From positions 1 to 52,238 of the forward strand of contig MUIB01000055.1 of the NCBI GenBank assembly GCA_002084135.1: DNA of 52,238 nt, read 5' to 3'. This document shows, piece by piece, positions 49,697 through 52,238 of the stretch; the stretch's first letter is position 1; every line of letters starts with the position of its first letter. Both the position numbers and the translations under genes were made by a program. The notes beneath the pieces were generated by a model. That model ran no database searches and was not told where the DNA came from. It was given only the letters and a program-made list of their open reading frames with translations. The DNA comes from Spirochaeta sp. LUC14_002_19_P3 (lineage in GTDB: Bacteria > Spirochaetota > Spirochaetia > DSM-2461).

Positions 49697-50095
49697 AACA
49701 ATACTGTTCTGCCACACTCTCGCCGTCTTCTAAAACATACAAAAATTCCCGGCTTGGCACCGGGAAAAAGACTGAAAAAAACCGATTTTACTCAACTCTC
49801 TCCAAACAGAAAAGCACAAAATTTTCATCCATTTATAAGCGCGAATTCTATCAATTCCACCTTTCGGATTTGCCCACAGGAGGGAGCGCGTTTTCCAAAA
49901 ACAATTTTTTCAATCCTTTCATTTTTTTCAAAAAAACAAGAATGGAATTTCACTCAAGAAAAGAGTGTAAATTTCATGGCTATTCAATCTCGGGACAAGG
50001 CCGGTGTTACTGGCTCTTATATAATGGGCACCTCTGGAAAATTCCCTGCGAGGGAATCTACCGGGATGCCAATTTTTTTGCAAGGAGTTGATAAA

Positions 50096-51685
50096 ATGAA
50101 ATCAACAAAATTCCTGACGGTTTTAGGGCTAGCTGTTTTCTTTCTAACAGCATTGTCCCTAATTTTTATTGGATGTGAGTCGGCAAGCACCCCCGCAGAC
50201 AAGGAACCGGGTGCGCCCACGGCATTAACGGCAACACCCGGAGACGGCGGAGAGGTAATTCTCAGTTGGCAGGCTCCAGGCGATACAGGCATTATCGGCG
50301 GAGATGGCACGGCTGGTACTATTACCAGCTACACGGTGTATTACAGCACAACGCAGGGATTTGCCATAAGTGATACCGGTGTAACGGCAAAAGATGCGGG
50401 TACCGCTTTTACCTACACTATTACCGGCCTGTCTCCAGAAATTCCGTATTACTTCAGGGTAACGGCATCCAATGCAACCGGAGAGGGTGCCCCCAGCCCC
50501 ACCGCAACAACAAGTTTGCCTGTTACTGTAGATTCTTTTAAGATTACAGAAGTAAGCAAGCCTGCCGTATCGCGCCGCTATCATTATGCCTACTTTACCA
50601 TTGCCTCTGCCGATGGCTTAGACTTGGGCACCTACAAGTTTGGCCTTAAAGCTGCAAGCAGCCCTGCCCCTACCGCGGCAGAGTTATTGGCCGGAGATGG
50701 CATTTACCGCCGGGTGGACGGCACCTACACCCGCGAATTCTTGTACTACACACTGGATTCAGGGATAGGAGACTATATTTCCGGCAATTCGGTTACAGGA
50801 ACTATACAACGCCATGGCTATGTTGAACTTGGTCAGGATGGCAACCCGGTTCCTGGAAGTGTCCCGGTTGATGTAGATAAATACCTGCTGAGCCCCGGTA
50901 GCTCCTACACCCTGTATGCGGTGCATGAGGATTCCGGCGAAGTGTTTACCTTTGATACCACTTTTACCACCGATCCCATTGACGCTACCACCACGGCCAT
51001 GGGAAACGACGTGTTTCCCGATAATGAATGGGATGCTTTGAATGAAAAATATTTCTATTGGGATACCAGAGATTCCCTTATAGCATTTGGTATTTACGTT
51101 ACAGGTGAGGCCTTGCTTAATCTCTCTACTACAGTAGAGCAAGTCAGTCTAGCATCATTTGTTGGTTCTGCTGCAAGCTCCTCGGTAAGTATGGGGGCTG
51201 TTACCCCCCAGTGGACTCTATTGCAACCTTCCCAGTCTACTGACGGCAACTCCACTTATGCGGATATAGGCGGAAAACAGACCTCTATTAGTATATTGTG
51301 TCTCCCTCCAAAAAGTATTTCAGCAGCAAACAAAGTACCTCATTTGAAAGCAGACGTTGCTTATCTAAGTTCTTCCGGCTTACCCAATGATACGTTCATA
51401 ATTTATTATCGCAAGGACTATCCTATCCTAATTTCCTCCTTAACAGTTACCGCAAACGCTACTGATTACGAGGTAAGCTTTACCGGGGATAATGCCGCGG
51501 AAATTACCCTGCCTGCGGGAGAAAGCATTCCAGCCAGTCTTACGGTAAAAAGCCTAACCCTGTACGAGGGCGTTACTGGTTTGGCACTTAATGACAGCCT
51601 AACACTCACTTCGGGAAGTACGGAAATTGCACTAACGAAAGATGAATTGGAGTATAAATATACCATTACGGTAAAAACGAATTAG
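50096..51685 (+). CDS. Fibronectin type III domain surface lipoprotein
   Basis: RBS AAGGAG; signal MKSTKFLTVLGLAVFFLTALSLIFIG-C; FN3 motifs PGAPTALTA..VILSWQAP..SYTVYY..YTITGLSP..YYFRVTASNATGEG. Confidence 0.85.
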   Translation: MKSTKFLTVLGLAVFFLTALSLIFIGCESASTPADKEPGAPTALTATPGDGGEVILSWQAPGDTGIIGGDGTAGTITSYTVYYSTTQGFAISDTGVTAKDAGTAFTYTITGLSPEIPYYFRVTASNATGEGAPSPTATTSLPVTVDSFKITEVSKPAVSRRYHYAYFTIASADGLDLGTYKFGLKAASSPAPTAAELLAGDGIYRRVDGTYTREFLYYTLDSGIGDYISGNSVTGTIQRHGYVELGQDGNPVPGSVPVDVDKYLLSPGSSYTLYAVHEDSGEVFTFDTTFTTDPIDATTTAMGNDVFPDNEWDALNEKYFYWDTRDSLIAFGIYVTGEALLNLSTTVEQVSLASFVGSAASSSVSMGAVTPQWTLLQPSQSTDGNSTYADIGGKQTSISILCLPPKSISAANKVPHLKADVAYLSSSGLPNDTFIIYYRKDYPILISSLTVTANATDYEVSFTGDNAAEITLPAGESIPASLTVKSLTLYEGVTGLALNDSLTLTSGSTEIALTKDELEYKYTITVKTN

Positions 51686-51692
51686 TTTTTCA

Positions 51693-51735
51693 GGCTGGAG
51701 GCTCGGTTCCCGGGTCTCCAGCCAACTCCTTTTTT
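51693..51735 (+). terminator. Intrinsic terminator after the lipoprotein gene
   Basis: Stem GGCTGGAG...CTCCAGCC followed shortly by a T6 run. Confidence 0.6.
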
Positions 51736-51740
51736 GTCCA

Positions 51741-51789
51741 CCTGCCTGCGCCGAGGCTTCGGCAGGCACCTGTCTGCTGAACAGGCAGG
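51741..51789. repeat. REP-like GC-rich nested hairpin
   Basis: CCTGCCTG...CAGGCAGG outer inverted repeat enclosing GCCGAGGCTTCGGC. Confidence 0.6.
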
Positions 51790-51793
51790 CGAT

Positions 51794-51875
51794 AGTGTAT
51801 TTGATATTTCCTTACAAGACAAAGATATTCCAAGAATAATGAAAATTTAATAGTTCAGTGAAAACTTTCTATTGA
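51794..51875 (+). repeat. 82-bp direct repeat, right copy (upstream of cstA)
   Basis: Identical by eye to 49505-49586. Confidence 0.92.
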
Positions 51876-52030
51876 AAAAAATCCATCCTGAGTATTGACT
51901 AATTTTTAATAAAGTGTCATACCAATCCTGAAACACTGATTTGATGCGGTTTCAGGATGTCCCGCAGATGATGTTGCCGTATTTGTTTCCTTATAATCGC
52001 ATTCCAGCGTAATTTCAAGGAGGTAAATGG

Positions 52031-52238
52031 ATGAATACCATTGTGTTAGTCGTTATAGGCATTGCCGCCTATGTTCTGGGTGTAATACTGTATTCGCGGT
52101 TTATCAGCAAAGGAATCTACAAGCTAAGCGAATCCTTTAAAACACCTGCGAATGAGATGCAGGACGGTGTGGATTATGTCCCCACCAACCCCTATGTGCT
52201 GTGGGGGCATCACTTCACGTCCGTGGCTGGAGCAGCCC
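52031..52238 (+). CDS. cstA: Carbon starvation protein A family transporter, 5' part
   Basis: Manual translation MNTIVLVVIGIAAY...TPANEMQDGVDYVPTNPYVLWGHHFTSVAGAA; RBS AAGGAGG. Confidence 0.92.
   Translation, partial: MNTIVLVVIGIAAYVLGVILYSRFISKGIYKLSESFKTPANEMQDGVDYVPTNPYVLWGHHFTSVAGAA

Noticed and set aside
49566..49760. 64-aa ORF with FCSVL repeats
   Set aside because: Reverse translation of the AGAAC microsatellite; no RBS or other support.
49754..50095. 114-codon N-terminal extension of the lipoprotein given by the ORF track
   Set aside because: The TTG has no RBS and would bury the signal peptide; ATG 50096 has a good RBS. The open frame is discussed as a possible regulatory leader instead.

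Overview
Bacterial chromosomal window, very probably from a Spirochaetales (Spirochaeta/Treponema-like) genome. The gene orders rpsO-pnp-dut-lptF-lptG-tgt-murJ-HEAT and rpsB-tsf-frr-uppS-cdsA-rseP (no pyrH) are typical of this group. It is mostly housekeeping: PBP1A, tRNA-Phe, a DtxR/MntR regulator, a CPA2 antiporter with a PTS-IIA fusion partner, rfbAB, miaB/mtaB, pheST, fucI, a four-subunit 2-oxoacid:ferredoxin oxidoreductase, prfA/prmC, aspartokinase, murD and the start of cstA. No CRISPR array, transposase, integrase or prophage gene is seen. Four things stand out. (1) rpsB and tsf form one 779-codon ORF joined by a 5 x 22-aa repeat linker, and the fusion hinges on an A8 tract just before the tsf ATG. 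(2) A 2.29-kb cassette bounded by perfect 82-bp direct repeats carries a promoter, an (AGAAC)13 tract and an FN3 lipoprotein gene; changing the repeat number would put a leader ATG in frame with the lipoprotein ORF. (3) Four copies of a 150-176-bp MITE-like hairpin element occur with solo or tandem terminal remnants; one supplies the prmC C-terminus and one sits at the pnp ribosome-binding site. (4) PheRS is bacterial-type, whereas Treponema and Borrelia use an archaeal type. All calls were made by eye from the sequence and the ORF track; no searches were run.
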